A stretch of 64,000 bases of DNA from a virus (lineage: Duplodnaviria; Caudoviricetes), in the IMG/VR virus record IMGVR_UViG_3300020434_000055. One strand, written 5' to 3'. Each line of letters begins with the position of its first letter. The first letter of the stretch is position 1. The notes under the pieces are model-generated. The model was not told the DNA's origin. It made no database searches and saw only the letters and a program-made list of their open reading frames with translations. Shown here one piece after another: positions 38,787-48,000 of the stretch. Position numbers and translations under genes: made by a program.

Positions 38787-39644
38787 ATGCGATTTGCCGG
38801 TGCACAAATTCCAGTAACAAATAATCTTGAAAATAATACTAAAACTATTATTAATAGTATTAATTGGGCTGAAGAAAATAAATGTGATTATCTTGTAACA
38901 CCTGAATGTTCTTTATCAGGTTACGATGTAAATGGCGTCAATATAGATACTTCTATTAAAGCACTTTCTAAAGCATTAGACACTATAAGAAAATATGCTA
39001 GTGATAGACATATAGGTCTTATATTAGGAACATTATGGGTTGATGAAGATCCTACAACTCCTGCAGAGTCTTGGTGGAGCGTAGGAGATGTAAGAAATCA
39101 ACAACGTTATTATGATCCAGAAGGAAATTTCTTAGGAGTAGTTAATAAACGTTACATAGTTTCATATGACTATGGAGTTAAAAAAGGTGAAAATCCGGGA
39201 GTAATTAATCTGCCAATGAAAAATAATCCTACAAATCATATAAAAGTTACTGGTATGATATGTAACGACCTATGGGGTGGTTATTGGAAAGGTAGACCTA
39301 ATCTTGGACAAGTAGCACAAGAACAAAAAACAGATTTAATAATTCATTCTTCAAATGGTGCAAAAGATAAAGGCGAACCTATACGAAAGATTCTCGACAA
39401 ATTTCATACAGGATGTTTAGCATTTTTGTCATATAGATCTAATATACCAATCTTAACTGTAGATAATTCCATTCATCTAGATGGACAAGATTATGACGGA
39501 GAAACAGCAAGTCCTTCTGGAGTATTTCATCCTTTAGAACAAATAGTAGAAGCTCCTAGAAAAGGAACACAACATTTTTATTATGATTTCCATCCTAATA
39601 CTGACTACAACGTTTCTGTCGTGCCGGAGGAGTTAGCATCATGA
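38787..39644 (+). CDS. Carbon-nitrogen hydrolase (nitrilase superfamily)
   Basis: Triad motifs TPECSLSGY (Glu), NKRY (Lys), MICNDLW (Cys). Confidence 0.85.
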   Translation: MRFAGAQIPVTNNLENNTKTIINSINWAEENKCDYLVTPECSLSGYDVNGVNIDTSIKALSKALDTIRKYASDRHIGLILGTLWVDEDPTTPAESWWSVGDVRNQQRYYDPEGNFLGVVNKRYIVSYDYGVKKGENPGVINLPMKNNPTNHIKVTGMICNDLWGGYWKGRPNLGQVAQEQKTDLIIHSSNGAKDKGEPIRKILDKFHTGCLAFLSYRSNIPILTVDNSIHLDGQDYDGETASPSGVFHPLEQIVEAPRKGTQHFYYDFHPNTDYNVSVVPEELAS

Positions 39645-40693
39645 GACTAGATCAAACTATACATTTAGATTACGCAGATGTTTTGTTAAAACCAAAACGT
39701 TCTACGTTATCATCAAGAAAAGACGTAGATATGACTAGAACATTTACATTTAAAAATTCTAAAGAATCATATACTTGTTGTCCTATTGTAGCATCTAATA
39801 TGGATGGTGTTGGTACATTTAGTATGGCTAAAGTATTACAAGAACATAAAATGATGACTGTAATTACAAAAACTACTACACTAGAACAATGGAAAGAAGC
39901 AGTTGGACAAGGTATAAAATTAAAATACATATCTGTATGTACAGGAACAGGTAAACTTTGGGATAAAGACGCAGAAGATTATGCTACATTACAAAAAGTA
40001 TTAAAAAGTTTTCCAGACGTTAAGTTTATTACAATTGATGTTGCAAATGGCTATCATGAAAATTATGTTGACTTTCTTAAACAAGTTAGAGATGAATATC
40101 CAGATAAAACTATAATTGCAGGTAACGTGGTAACTGCAGAAATGACAGAACAATTAATCTTAAGTGGTGCTGATGTAGTAAAAATAGGAATTGGGCCTGG
40201 GTCAGTATGTACAACAAGAACAATGGCTGGTGTAGGTGTTCCACAATTTTCAGCAGTAGTAGAATGTGCAGATGCGGCAAATGGTGTTGGTGGACATATA
40301 ATGGCAGATGGTGGATGTAATGAACCTGGTGATGTAGCAAAGTCATTAGGAGGTGGAGCACATTTTGTTATGCTAGGAGGAATGTTAGCAGGACATAATG
40401 AATCAGAAGTTGAAGCAAAAGATGGAAAAAGAGAATTTTATGGCATGAGTTCAGATAGAGCAAGAGAAGTACACGGTAAAAGAAAAGATGGATATAGAGG
40501 TAATGAAGGTAAAAGAATATTTTTACCAGACAGAGGACCTGTTAAAGAAACAATAGAAGATATGTTAGGTGGTGTAAGATCATCTTGTACATATATTGGT
40601 GCAAGAAGATTAAAAGATATACCCAAATGTGCAAGTTTTGTTTGCGTAAATCACCAACTCAACAAAGTATATCAAAGTTATGAGAATCATTAA
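39641..40693 (+). CDS. guaC: GMP reductase
   Basis: DYADVLLKPKRS, DVANGY, GIGPGSVCTTR, ADGG, FYGMSS; no CBS domains. Confidence 0.92.
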   Translation: MRLDQTIHLDYADVLLKPKRSTLSSRKDVDMTRTFTFKNSKESYTCCPIVASNMDGVGTFSMAKVLQEHKMMTVITKTTTLEQWKEAVGQGIKLKYISVCTGTGKLWDKDAEDYATLQKVLKSFPDVKFITIDVANGYHENYVDFLKQVRDEYPDKTIIAGNVVTAEMTEQLILSGADVVKIGIGPGSVCTTRTMAGVGVPQFSAVVECADAANGVGGHIMADGGCNEPGDVAKSLGGGAHFVMLGGMLAGHNESEVEAKDGKREFYGMSSDRAREVHGKRKDGYRGNEGKRIFLPDRGPVKETIEDMLGGVRSSCTYIGARRLKDIPKCASFVCVNHQLNKVYQSYENH

Positions 40694-40701
40694 ATAATAA
40701 T

Positions 40702-41073
40702 ATGGCAGAAATAGATACATTAGTAGAACAATTAGGAAAATTAACAGTAATTGAAGCAGGAGAACTTTCTAAAAAATTAGAAAAGGCTTGGGGGCTAAAC
40801 TTGGATAGCTTAATGAATCAACCGGCTCAAGCACAAGCCCAAGTTGTTGAAGAAAAAGCAACAGCCTCAGTTATATTAACAGGATACCCAGCAGATAAAA
40901 AAATTAGTGTACTTAAAAAAGTACGTGAATATATTGAAGGTATGGGTTTATTAGAAGCCAAAAATTTTGTTGAGGATCTACCAAAAACTGTTAAAGAAGA
41001 TATTGAAAAAGAAGAAGCAGACAAAGTTAAAAAAGGTCTTGAAGAAGCTGGAGGAACAGTTCAATTAAAATGA
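40702..41073 (+). CDS. rplL: Ribosomal protein bL12 (L7/L12)
   Basis: N-terminal dimerisation domain, hinge, C-terminal KISVLKKVRE..GMGLLEAKNFVE.LPK.VKE...EAGGTVQLK. Confidence 0.92.
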   Translation: MAEIDTLVEQLGKLTVIEAGELSKKLEKAWGLNLDSLMNQPAQAQAQVVEEKATASVILTGYPADKKISVLKKVREYIEGMGLLEAKNFVEDLPKTVKEDIEKEEADKVKKGLEEAGGTVQLK

Positions 41074-41261
41074 TTTGTTTCAACTCTCCCGATGGTAAAT
41101 GGAGATTACAGATTAGAAATAGTGATGGAATGCCAGAAAAATGGTTTCAACCAAGATGGGAAGACTTAAAAAAGTTTCCACCTGCACCTTCCCACAAATA
41201 CACTACGAAAGAAATTATTGATGCAATGTCATCCTTTCATAAGGTTGACAAAACTCAATAA
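41070..41261 (+). CDS. Hypothetical protein
   Basis: ATGA overlap with rplL. Confidence 0.45.
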   Translation: MICFNSPDGKWRLQIRNSDGMPEKWFQPRWEDLKKFPPAPSHKYTTKEIIDAMSSFHKVDKTQ

Positions 41262-41273
41262 AATTGTTATAGT
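41245..41273 (+). promoter_or_regulatory. Sigma70-type promoter (polB)
   Basis: TTGACA-17-TATAGT with extended -10 TG. Confidence 0.75.
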
Positions 41274-41287
41274 AAAGAAAGGTTTAT

Positions 41288-41341
41288 AGTTGGCCAAAAG
41301 CAACTTGTTTGGTACGTGTCAGCCGAAAATGACATAAGGAG
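41288..41341 (+). promoter_or_regulatory. Two tandem hairpins next to the polB Shine-Dalgarno (candidate translational operator)
   Basis: AGTTG-GCCAAAAG-CAACT and TGTCA-GCCGAAAA-TGACA, then AAGGAG. Confidence 0.6.
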
Positions 41342-41346
41342 AATAA

Positions 41347-44016
41347 ATGAGTTATATAAATGGCTTCTTCGATAGAAGTCAAGACGTTATAAGAGTAGTA
41401 GAACGCGATAACGGAAAAAGAATTTTCAGAGAATATCCAGTCAAATATACATTTTATTACGAAGATACTCGTGGCAAATTTAAAAGCACTGACGGTAAGT
41501 ATCTAAGTAGAATTGTATGTAAAAATTCAAAAGATTTTCATAAAGAACTTGCAATTAATAGAAATAAAAATTTATACGAATCCGATATTAATCCTATTTT
41601 CCAATGTTTAAGTGAAAATTATCTCAATCAAAATGCTCCAGATTTAAAAATTGCTTTCTTTGATATAGAAGCAGACTTTGATCCTGAAAAAGGTTTTGCT
41701 TTACCAAGTGATCCTTTTATGCCAGTAACTGCTATTTCAATTTACTTACAATGGCTAGACAGCCTTGTAACTTTTGCTTTACATCCTAAAAATATGACAA
41801 TAGCACGAGCAAAAGAATCTGTAAAAAAATTTAAGAATGTACATTTATATGATGACGAAACAAAAATGATGACAGATTTTTTAGACATCCTAGAAGATGT
41901 TGATGTATTAAGTGGTTGGAATAGTGAAGGGTATGATCTTCCATATTTAATTAATAGAATATCTAAGATAATGAGCAAAGATGATACTAGACGTTTTTGT
42001 TTATGGAAACAATTACCTAAGAAACGAGAATTTGATAGATTTGGAAGAACGCAAGAAACATATGATTTAATCGGTCGTGTACATTTAGATAGTTTAGAAC
42101 TTTATAGAAAATACACATATGAAGAACGACATTCTTATAGATTAGATGCAATTGGTGACCACGAACTAGGAGAAACAAAAACTGTATATGAAGGATCTTT
42201 AGATCAATTATATAACGATGACTTTGCAAAATTTATTGAGTACAATAGACAAGACGTTGTATTATTAGATAAACTAGATAAAAAATTCAAATTTATATCT
42301 TTAACTAATGAACTTGCACATCAAAATACTGTATTACTACAAACCACATTAGGAGCAGTTGCAGTAACAGAACAAGCTATTATTAACGAAGCTCATAAAA
42401 GAGGTGTACAAGTACCTAATAGAATTAAACGTGAATCTCACTCAACAGAATCGGCGGCAGGTGCTTATGTGGCATATCCTAAAAAAGGATTACACAATTG
42501 GATTGGTGCAATGGATATAAAATCTCTATATCCTTCAGTAATTAGAGCATTGAATATGGCTCCTGAATGTATTGTTGGACAATTAAAACCTGTAGACACA
42601 GATGCGTATATAGAAGAACAAATGACATTACAAAAAAAATCATTTGCGGCGGCTTGGGAAAATCATTTTGGAACATTAGAATATGAAGCAGTAATGAAAG
42701 AAAGAAAAGATGTTTTAATTACTGTAAACTGGGAAGATGGTAAAACAGAAACAATGAGTGGAGCCCAAATTTACAAAATGATATTTGATACTAATGCTCC
42801 TTTAATGTTAAGTGCTAATGGTACAATATTTACAAGTGACTTTGAAGGTGTAATACCTGGATTATTAAGAAAATGGTACGACGAAAGATCTCATCTTCAA
42901 GAAATGAGACAAAAGGCTGTAAATGCTAAAAACTTTGCAGAAATAGAATTTTGGGATAAAAGACAACTTGTTAAAAAAATTAATCTTAATTCATTATACG
43001 GTGCCATATTAAATCCTGGCTGTAGATTTTTTGATAAAAGAATAGGGCAATCAACGACATTATCTGGTAGACAAATTACTAAACATATGGCGGCTAAAAT
43101 TAATGAAGTAACAACTGGAACGTATGATTATTTAGGAAAAGCAGTAATATACGGAGATACAGATTCAGCATATTTTTCAGCATATCCTATATTAAAAAAA
43201 GAAATAGAAACAGGTGAAATACCTTGGACTAAAGAAAGTGTTATCAAATTATATGATAAAGTTGCTGAAGAAGTTAATACTAGTTTTAAAAAATTTATGT
43301 TAAAAGCATTCCATTGTCCTAAAAATAGAGCAGATGTTATTACAGCAAGTAGAGAATCAGTTGCAGAAACAGGACTTTTTATTACTAAAAAAAGATATGC
43401 AGTATTAAATTATGAAGTAGAAGGAAATAGACACGATATAGAAGATAAATCTGGTAAAGTAAAAGCAATGGGTTTAGATTTAAAAAGATCTGATACTCCT
43501 GCGTTTGTACAAGATTTTTTAAGTGAATTATTATTAATGGTATTAACTAAAAAAACAGAAAAAGAAGTTTTAGAAAAAATTACTAAATTTAGAATTGATT
43601 TTAAACAAAGACCTGGTTGGGAAAAAGGATCTCCAAAAAGAGTAAACAATCTTGTAGAATATGTAAGAAAAGAGCAAAGACAAGGCAAAGCTAATATGCC
43701 AGGACACGTTAGAGCAAGTATGAACTGGAATAATCTTAAAAGAATGAACGGTGACAAACATTCTATGGAAATAGTAGACGGTATGAAAGTAATTGTATGT
43801 AAACTTAAAAAGAATCCATTAGAATATACATCTGTTTCATATCCAACGGATCAACTACGTATTCCAAAATGGTTTAAAGAATTACCTTTTGATGGTGACG
43901 CAATGGAATCTACTTTAATTGATAATAAATTAGGAAACTTACTAGGAGAACTAAACTGGGATATTCAATCAACTGAACAACATAATACTTTCAGTTCAAT
44001 GTTTGAATTTGAATAA
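41347..44016 (+). CDS. polB: Family B DNA polymerase (gp43-like)
   Basis: Exo I FDIE, Exo II GWNSEGYD, region II DIKSLYPS, region III KINLNSLYG, region I YGDTDS. Confidence 0.97.
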   Translation: MSYINGFFDRSQDVIRVVERDNGKRIFREYPVKYTFYYEDTRGKFKSTDGKYLSRIVCKNSKDFHKELAINRNKNLYESDINPIFQCLSENYLNQNAPDLKIAFFDIEADFDPEKGFALPSDPFMPVTAISIYLQWLDSLVTFALHPKNMTIARAKESVKKFKNVHLYDDETKMMTDFLDILEDVDVLSGWNSEGYDLPYLINRISKIMSKDDTRRFCLWKQLPKKREFDRFGRTQETYDLIGRVHLDSLELYRKYTYEERHSYRLDAIGDHELGETKTVYEGSLDQLYNDDFAKFIEYNRQDVVLLDKLDKKFKFISLTNELAHQNTVLLQTTLGAVAVTEQAIINEAHKRGVQVPNRIKRESHSTESAAGAYVAYPKKGLHNWIGAMDIKSLYPSVIRALNMAPECIVGQLKPVDTDAYIEEQMTLQKKSFAAAWENHFGTLEYEAVMKERKDVLITVNWEDGKTETMSGAQIYKMIFDTNAPLMLSANGTIFTSDFEGVIPGLLRKWYDERSHLQEMRQKAVNAKNFAEIEFWDKRQLVKKINLNSLYGAILNPGCRFFDKRIGQSTTLSGRQITKHMAAKINEVTTGTYDYLGKAVIYGDTDSAYFSAYPILKKEIETGEIPWTKESVIKLYDKVAEEVNTSFKKFMLKAFHCPKNRADVITASRESVAETGLFITKKRYAVLNYEVEGNRHDIEDKSGKVKAMGLDLKRSDTPAFVQDFLSELLLMVLTKKTEKEVLEKITKFRIDFKQRPGWEKGSPKRVNNLVEYVRKEQRQGKANMPGHVRASMNWNNLKRMNGDKHSMEIVDGMKVIVCKLKKNPLEYTSVSYPTDQLRIPKWFKELPFDGDAMESTLIDNKLGNLLGELNWDIQSTEQHNTFSSMFEFE

Positions 44017-44017
44017 T

Positions 44018-44554
44018 ATGGCTACACACGGAATGATAGACTTGGAAACTTTAGATACTACACCTAATGCTACGATTCTTACATTAGGAGCAGTTAAATT
44101 TAATCCTTATAATAGTCAAACACCTCATACTGATTTATATCTAAAAGTAGATGTAGATGTACAAACAAAAATGGGAAGAATTGTAAATGATTCTACAATA
44201 GAGTGGTGGGGACAACAAAATAAAGAAGTTAGAGAAGATGCATTTGCAGAACAAGGAAGAATTAGTTTAGAAGAGTTAACAAAAACTCTTAACAAATGGT
44301 GCGTAGGATTAGATGAACTTTGGTGCCAAGGTCCATTATTTGACTACGCAATATTACAAAATTTATATGCACAATTAGAAAAACCTGTGCCTTGGGCTTA
44401 TTGGCAAATTAGAGACTCTAGAACAGTACTCAATATGTTGCCAAAAGATATGAGAAAAGGTCCTAGAACAGATGTTCACAATGCTTTGGCTGATTGCAAA
44501 TATCAAGCTAGAGCTATTCAAAAGGCATATAGATATTTTGGAGTTCAAAAATAA
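44018..44554 (+). CDS. DEDDh 3'-5' exonuclease
   Basis: MIDLET, FD..IL, HNALADC. Confidence 0.85.
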   Translation: MATHGMIDLETLDTTPNATILTLGAVKFNPYNSQTPHTDLYLKVDVDVQTKMGRIVNDSTIEWWGQQNKEVREDAFAEQGRISLEELTKTLNKWCVGLDELWCQGPLFDYAILQNLYAQLEKPVPWAYWQIRDSRTVLNMLPKDMRKGPRTDVHNALADCKYQARAIQKAYRYFGVQK

Positions 44555-44568
44555 TGAAACATTTAAAC

Positions 44569-44597
44569 TTGACTTCGGATAAAAACCTAAATATAAT
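44569..44597 (+). promoter_or_regulatory. Sigma70-type promoter (clamp-dpdA operon)
   Basis: TTGACT-17-TATAAT. Confidence 0.75.
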
Positions 44598-44615
44598 AAC
44601 GAAACGGAGAAATAT

Positions 44616-45344
44616 ATGAAAAGTATCTTACAAGATATTGTTGCTCATACACATTCCTTAGGATTTTTAAGTTTAGTAAAAATCTCGAATGATGAGAAAA
44701 CAAAAATAGAAAGTATGGCTGAAGATCGTTCAGTTATATTAAGTGCAAATACCAATGACAAAGTAGACGAGTTTGATGGTATTTTTGGAATGCCTAATTT
44801 AGACAAATTAGCACTTCACTTAAAATGTCCAGAGTATGACAAAAATGCAAAATTAAATGTTGTGTCTTCTGTTAGAAATGGAAAAAAGGTCCCAACTAAT
44901 ATTCACTTTGAAAACGAAAAAGGTGATTTTCAAAATGATTATAGATTTATGAGTACTGAAATTATTAACGAGAAATTAAAATCTGTTAAATTTAAAGGTA
45001 CTGCTTGGGACATAGAGTTTGAACCTAGCATAGCGGCAATTCAAAGATTAAAATTGCAGGCGGCGGCTCACGTAGAAGAAACTGTATTCACAGTAAAAAC
45101 AGAAAATAAAAGTTTAATGTTTTATTTTGGTGATGCAAATTCTCACGCAGGAAACTTTGTGTTTCATAATGATGTAGGAATGGATCTTAAAAAGAACTGG
45201 AGTTGGCCTATTCAACAAGTTATTAGTATATTAAGTCTTGATGGAAGAATGAAAATGAAAATTTCTGATCAAGGAGCAATGCAAATAACTGTAGATAGTG
45301 GTGTTGGGGAATACAATTACATTTTACCAGCTCAAACAAAATAA
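44616..45344 (+). CDS. Probable sliding clamp (gp45-like)
   Basis: Size 242 aa, two-domain beta/alpha pattern, position next to polB; weak sequence evidence. Confidence 0.55.
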   Translation: MKSILQDIVAHTHSLGFLSLVKISNDEKTKIESMAEDRSVILSANTNDKVDEFDGIFGMPNLDKLALHLKCPEYDKNAKLNVVSSVRNGKKVPTNIHFENEKGDFQNDYRFMSTEIINEKLKSVKFKGTAWDIEFEPSIAAIQRLKLQAAAHVEETVFTVKTENKSLMFYFGDANSHAGNFVFHNDVGMDLKKNWSWPIQQVISILSLDGRMKMKISDQGAMQITVDSGVGEYNYILPAQTK

Positions 45345-45354
45345 GGAGCAATAC

Positions 45355-46818
45355 TTGAACACAGACTTAACAAAAGTTCAGAAAGATTGGGCGGTATTCT
45401 TGCCAGCGATGAGTAGTTTCTTCGCGAGAGATATAGGAAAAGCAAAACACGAAGATGATTATGTACTTCCTGAAAGAGTTCCTAAAAAGTTTGAACACGG
45501 AATCCAAGGTTTAAATTATATAGAACCAAAGGATACGTATTTTAACTATAAATGGAATTTATATTCCGCAGGTCACGCCGATTTGAATATGACAAAGTTT
45601 AGTGTTAGAGATGACATTATTAGAAATAGAAATAGAGCTAATAATTGGTTACTTGGAGACTCAGGTGGTTTCCAAATAGGTAAAGGTGTATGGGAAGGAG
45701 ATTGGAAAGATCCTGCTTGTCCTAAAGCAAGAAAGAAACGAGAACAAGTATTAACATGGTTAGATGCTAATATGGACTATGGAATGATATTAGATATTCC
45801 AGCTTGGGTTTCGAGATCACCCGAAGGTGCTAAAGCTAGTAATATTAATAGCTATCAAGAAGCTGTTAATGGTACAAAAATAAACAATGATTATTTTATG
45901 AAAAATAGAAAAGGTGATTGTAAGTTTTTAAATGTATTACAAGGTGAAAATTTCCAACAAGCAGACGATTGGTATGCACAAATGAAAGACTATTGTGATC
46001 CTAAAAAATATCCTAGTACACATTTTAATGGTTGGTCAATGGGTGGACAAAATATGTGTGATATACATCTTGCATTAAAGAGACTTGTAGCACTACGTTT
46101 TGATGGATTACTTGAAAAAGGTGTTCATGATGTTGTACACTTTTTAGGAACATCTAAACTTGAATGGGCAGTACTTTTAACAGATATACAAAGAGCTATA
46201 AGAAAATATCACAATCCAAATCTTATGATTACATTTGATTGTGCTTCTCCGTTTTTAGCTTGTGCCAATGGTCAAATTTATATTGATATCGAAATAAAAG
46301 ATAGAAAAAAATGGGTATACAGAATGCAGGCAAGTGCAGATAATAAAAAATATAAACCTGATCCCAGAACGTTTAAAGATGCTGTACTTGAAGAAAAAAT
46401 ATTTAAAAGTTTTAGAGATAGTCCAATTAGTAAAAGATTAATGCTTGATGATGTATGTTGTTATTCTCCTGGAGAATTAAACAAAATGAAAAATGATCCA
46501 AAAACTAGTTGGGATTCATTTAGTTACACTTTACAAATGGCTCACAATGTTTGGATGCATATTACAGCAGTACAAGAAGCCAATGAAGCATATGACAAAG
46601 GAATATATCCAAGTATGTTATTACAAGAACAATTTGATAGAGTTGCTTTTAAAGATATTGTAGAGGCAATATTTGCAACTAGTAATAGAGACGAAGCAAA
46701 TGCAGTAATTGAAGAATTTTCAAGATACTGGATGTCAATTATAGGAACAAGGGGGGCGACAGGCAAGAAAACAGTGAACGCAAGTACACAATTTGCTAAT
46801 TTATTTGAGGAGGAATAA
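45355..46818 (+). CDS. dpdA: Guanine transglycosylase (TGT fold), DpdA-like DNA base-exchange enzyme
   Basis: DSGGFQ, MILDIP, VLQG, GWSMGG, HFLG, FDCASP motifs; TTG start after AAGGAG; near folE/queE. Confidence 0.8.
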   Translation: MNTDLTKVQKDWAVFLPAMSSFFARDIGKAKHEDDYVLPERVPKKFEHGIQGLNYIEPKDTYFNYKWNLYSAGHADLNMTKFSVRDDIIRNRNRANNWLLGDSGGFQIGKGVWEGDWKDPACPKARKKREQVLTWLDANMDYGMILDIPAWVSRSPEGAKASNINSYQEAVNGTKINNDYFMKNRKGDCKFLNVLQGENFQQADDWYAQMKDYCDPKKYPSTHFNGWSMGGQNMCDIHLALKRLVALRFDGLLEKGVHDVVHFLGTSKLEWAVLLTDIQRAIRKYHNPNLMITFDCASPFLACANGQIYIDIEIKDRKKWVYRMQASADNKKYKPDPRTFKDAVLEEKIFKSFRDSPISKRLMLDDVCCYSPGELNKMKNDPKTSWDSFSYTLQMAHNVWMHITAVQEANEAYDKGIYPSMLLQEQFDRVAFKDIVEAIFATSNRDEANAVIEEFSRYWMSIIGTRGATGKKTVNASTQFANLFEEE

Positions 46819-47009
46819 TGGTGAAGATAAAGAAAAAACTTAAAAAATTAAAATATGAGTTTGATTATTATCACAGAAAAGTCGAAGATATGGAAACTGA
46901 AAGGGACGAAGATAGAAGTTGGGAAGGAAAAGCATTATTAAAAAAGTTTAAAAAAATTAAACTTGCTTTAAAAACAGAAATAGAAAACTTTAGCAAAAAA
47001 ATAGATTAA
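46818..47009 (+). CDS. Small basic coiled-coil protein
   Basis: Coupled to the TGT stop; GAGGAG RBS. Confidence 0.5.
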   Translation: MVKIKKKLKKLKYEFDYYHRKVEDMETERDEDRSWEGKALLKKFKKIKLALKTEIENFSKKID

Positions 47010-47010
47010 T

Positions 47011-48000
47011 ATGAAAAGTTTAGTTATAGGTTTAAATTTTGGTCAATTATATACACGTGTTTTGAAAAAAATGGGACACGAAGTAATCACTGTGGATATT
47101 GATTCAAAACAAAATCCTATGTTTTTAGAATTAACTACAGCTCTAAAAACTCATCCTACATATGATACTATACATATTTGTACACCCAATAATACACATT
47201 ATATTGTTGCCCAAAAAGTTGCTAAACATGGTAAAATTATTTTTATTGAAAAACCAGGAGTTGAAACGCCACAACAATGGCAATTATTACAAACATTAAA
47301 TCCAGGCACTAAATTTATAATGACAAAAAATAATATGTTTAGAAGTAAATTATTTCTTGATAAAGTAAAAGAATCAGCATTACAAAGCGATACAATTGAA
47401 ATAAATTGGATTAATCAAGATAGAATACCTAATCCAGGTTCTTGGTTTACAAATAAAAAACTTGCATTTGGGGGCGTAACTCACGATTTATTTCCTCATT
47501 TATTAAGCATTTTTATTGAATTAAATCTAACCTCTTATCAAAATTTTAATATTAAAAATTTTCATAAAGAACAAAAATGGAATTTAAAAGATATTCATAT
47601 GAGATACGATGTGCATGGAAAAGAAATTAAAGAAGAAATAGGTCAAGGAGGCACATACGGTACAATTAATAAAGATGGTGTATATGATGTAGATGACCAA
47701 GCACAAATGGAATTATCTAATGATAATAAAACATTTAAAATAAAAGCAGATTGGAAACGTGGTCGCCCTGGACAAAAAGAAATAATATCTATAGATGATA
47801 TTGGTTTACATTTTTATAAAGACGATGTTGAACATTTAAACTTTATTGAGCTTGGACTTTGTCCGGAAAGTGCATATGAAAATATGATTAGACATTGTTT
47901 AGTACACCTTGAAGACAAAATGTTTTGGAACAAACAATTAGAATATGATTTATGGATACAAAAAGCAATTATAAATGATGACAAAGTTACTATACACTGA
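47011..48000 (+). CDS. Gfo/Idh/MocA-family NAD(P) oxidoreductase
   Basis: Rossmann VIGLNFG, ICTPNNTH, IEKP, GGVTHDLFPH. Confidence 0.85.
   Translation: MKSLVIGLNFGQLYTRVLKKMGHEVITVDIDSKQNPMFLELTTALKTHPTYDTIHICTPNNTHYIVAQKVAKHGKIIFIEKPGVETPQQWQLLQTLNPGTKFIMTKNNMFRSKLFLDKVKESALQSDTIEINWINQDRIPNPGSWFTNKKLAFGGVTHDLFPHLLSIFIELNLTSYQNFNIKNFHKEQKWNLKDIHMRYDVHGKEIKEEIGQGGTYGTINKDGVYDVDDQAQMELSNDNKTFKIKADWKRGRPGQKEIISIDDIGLHFYKDDVEHLNFIELGLCPESAYENMIRHCLVHLEDKMFWNKQLEYDLWIQKAIINDDKVTIH

Noticed and set aside
36255-41073. Host chromosomal contamination (fdh, guaC, rplL, Prx)
   Set aside because: Same strand, tight overlaps, same AT-rich codon style and GCWGC avoidance as the phage genes; rplL lacks its cellular rplJ/rpoB neighbours. 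Read mapping is still advisable.
45298-45354. ORF-track N-terminal extensions (dpdA 45298; also thyX 18336, SET 18992, dnaJ 23045, fdh 37513, 48774, HIT 52309)
   Set aside because: They overlap upstream genes; RBS position and motif starts support the later start codons.
45355-46818. Calling the TGT a tRNA queuine transglycosylase (tgt)
   Set aside because: It is longer and divergent, lacks the bacterial Tgt C-x-C-x2-C Zn motif, sits beside replication genes, and no queA, queF or tRNA genes are seen. A DNA target is more likely but not proven.
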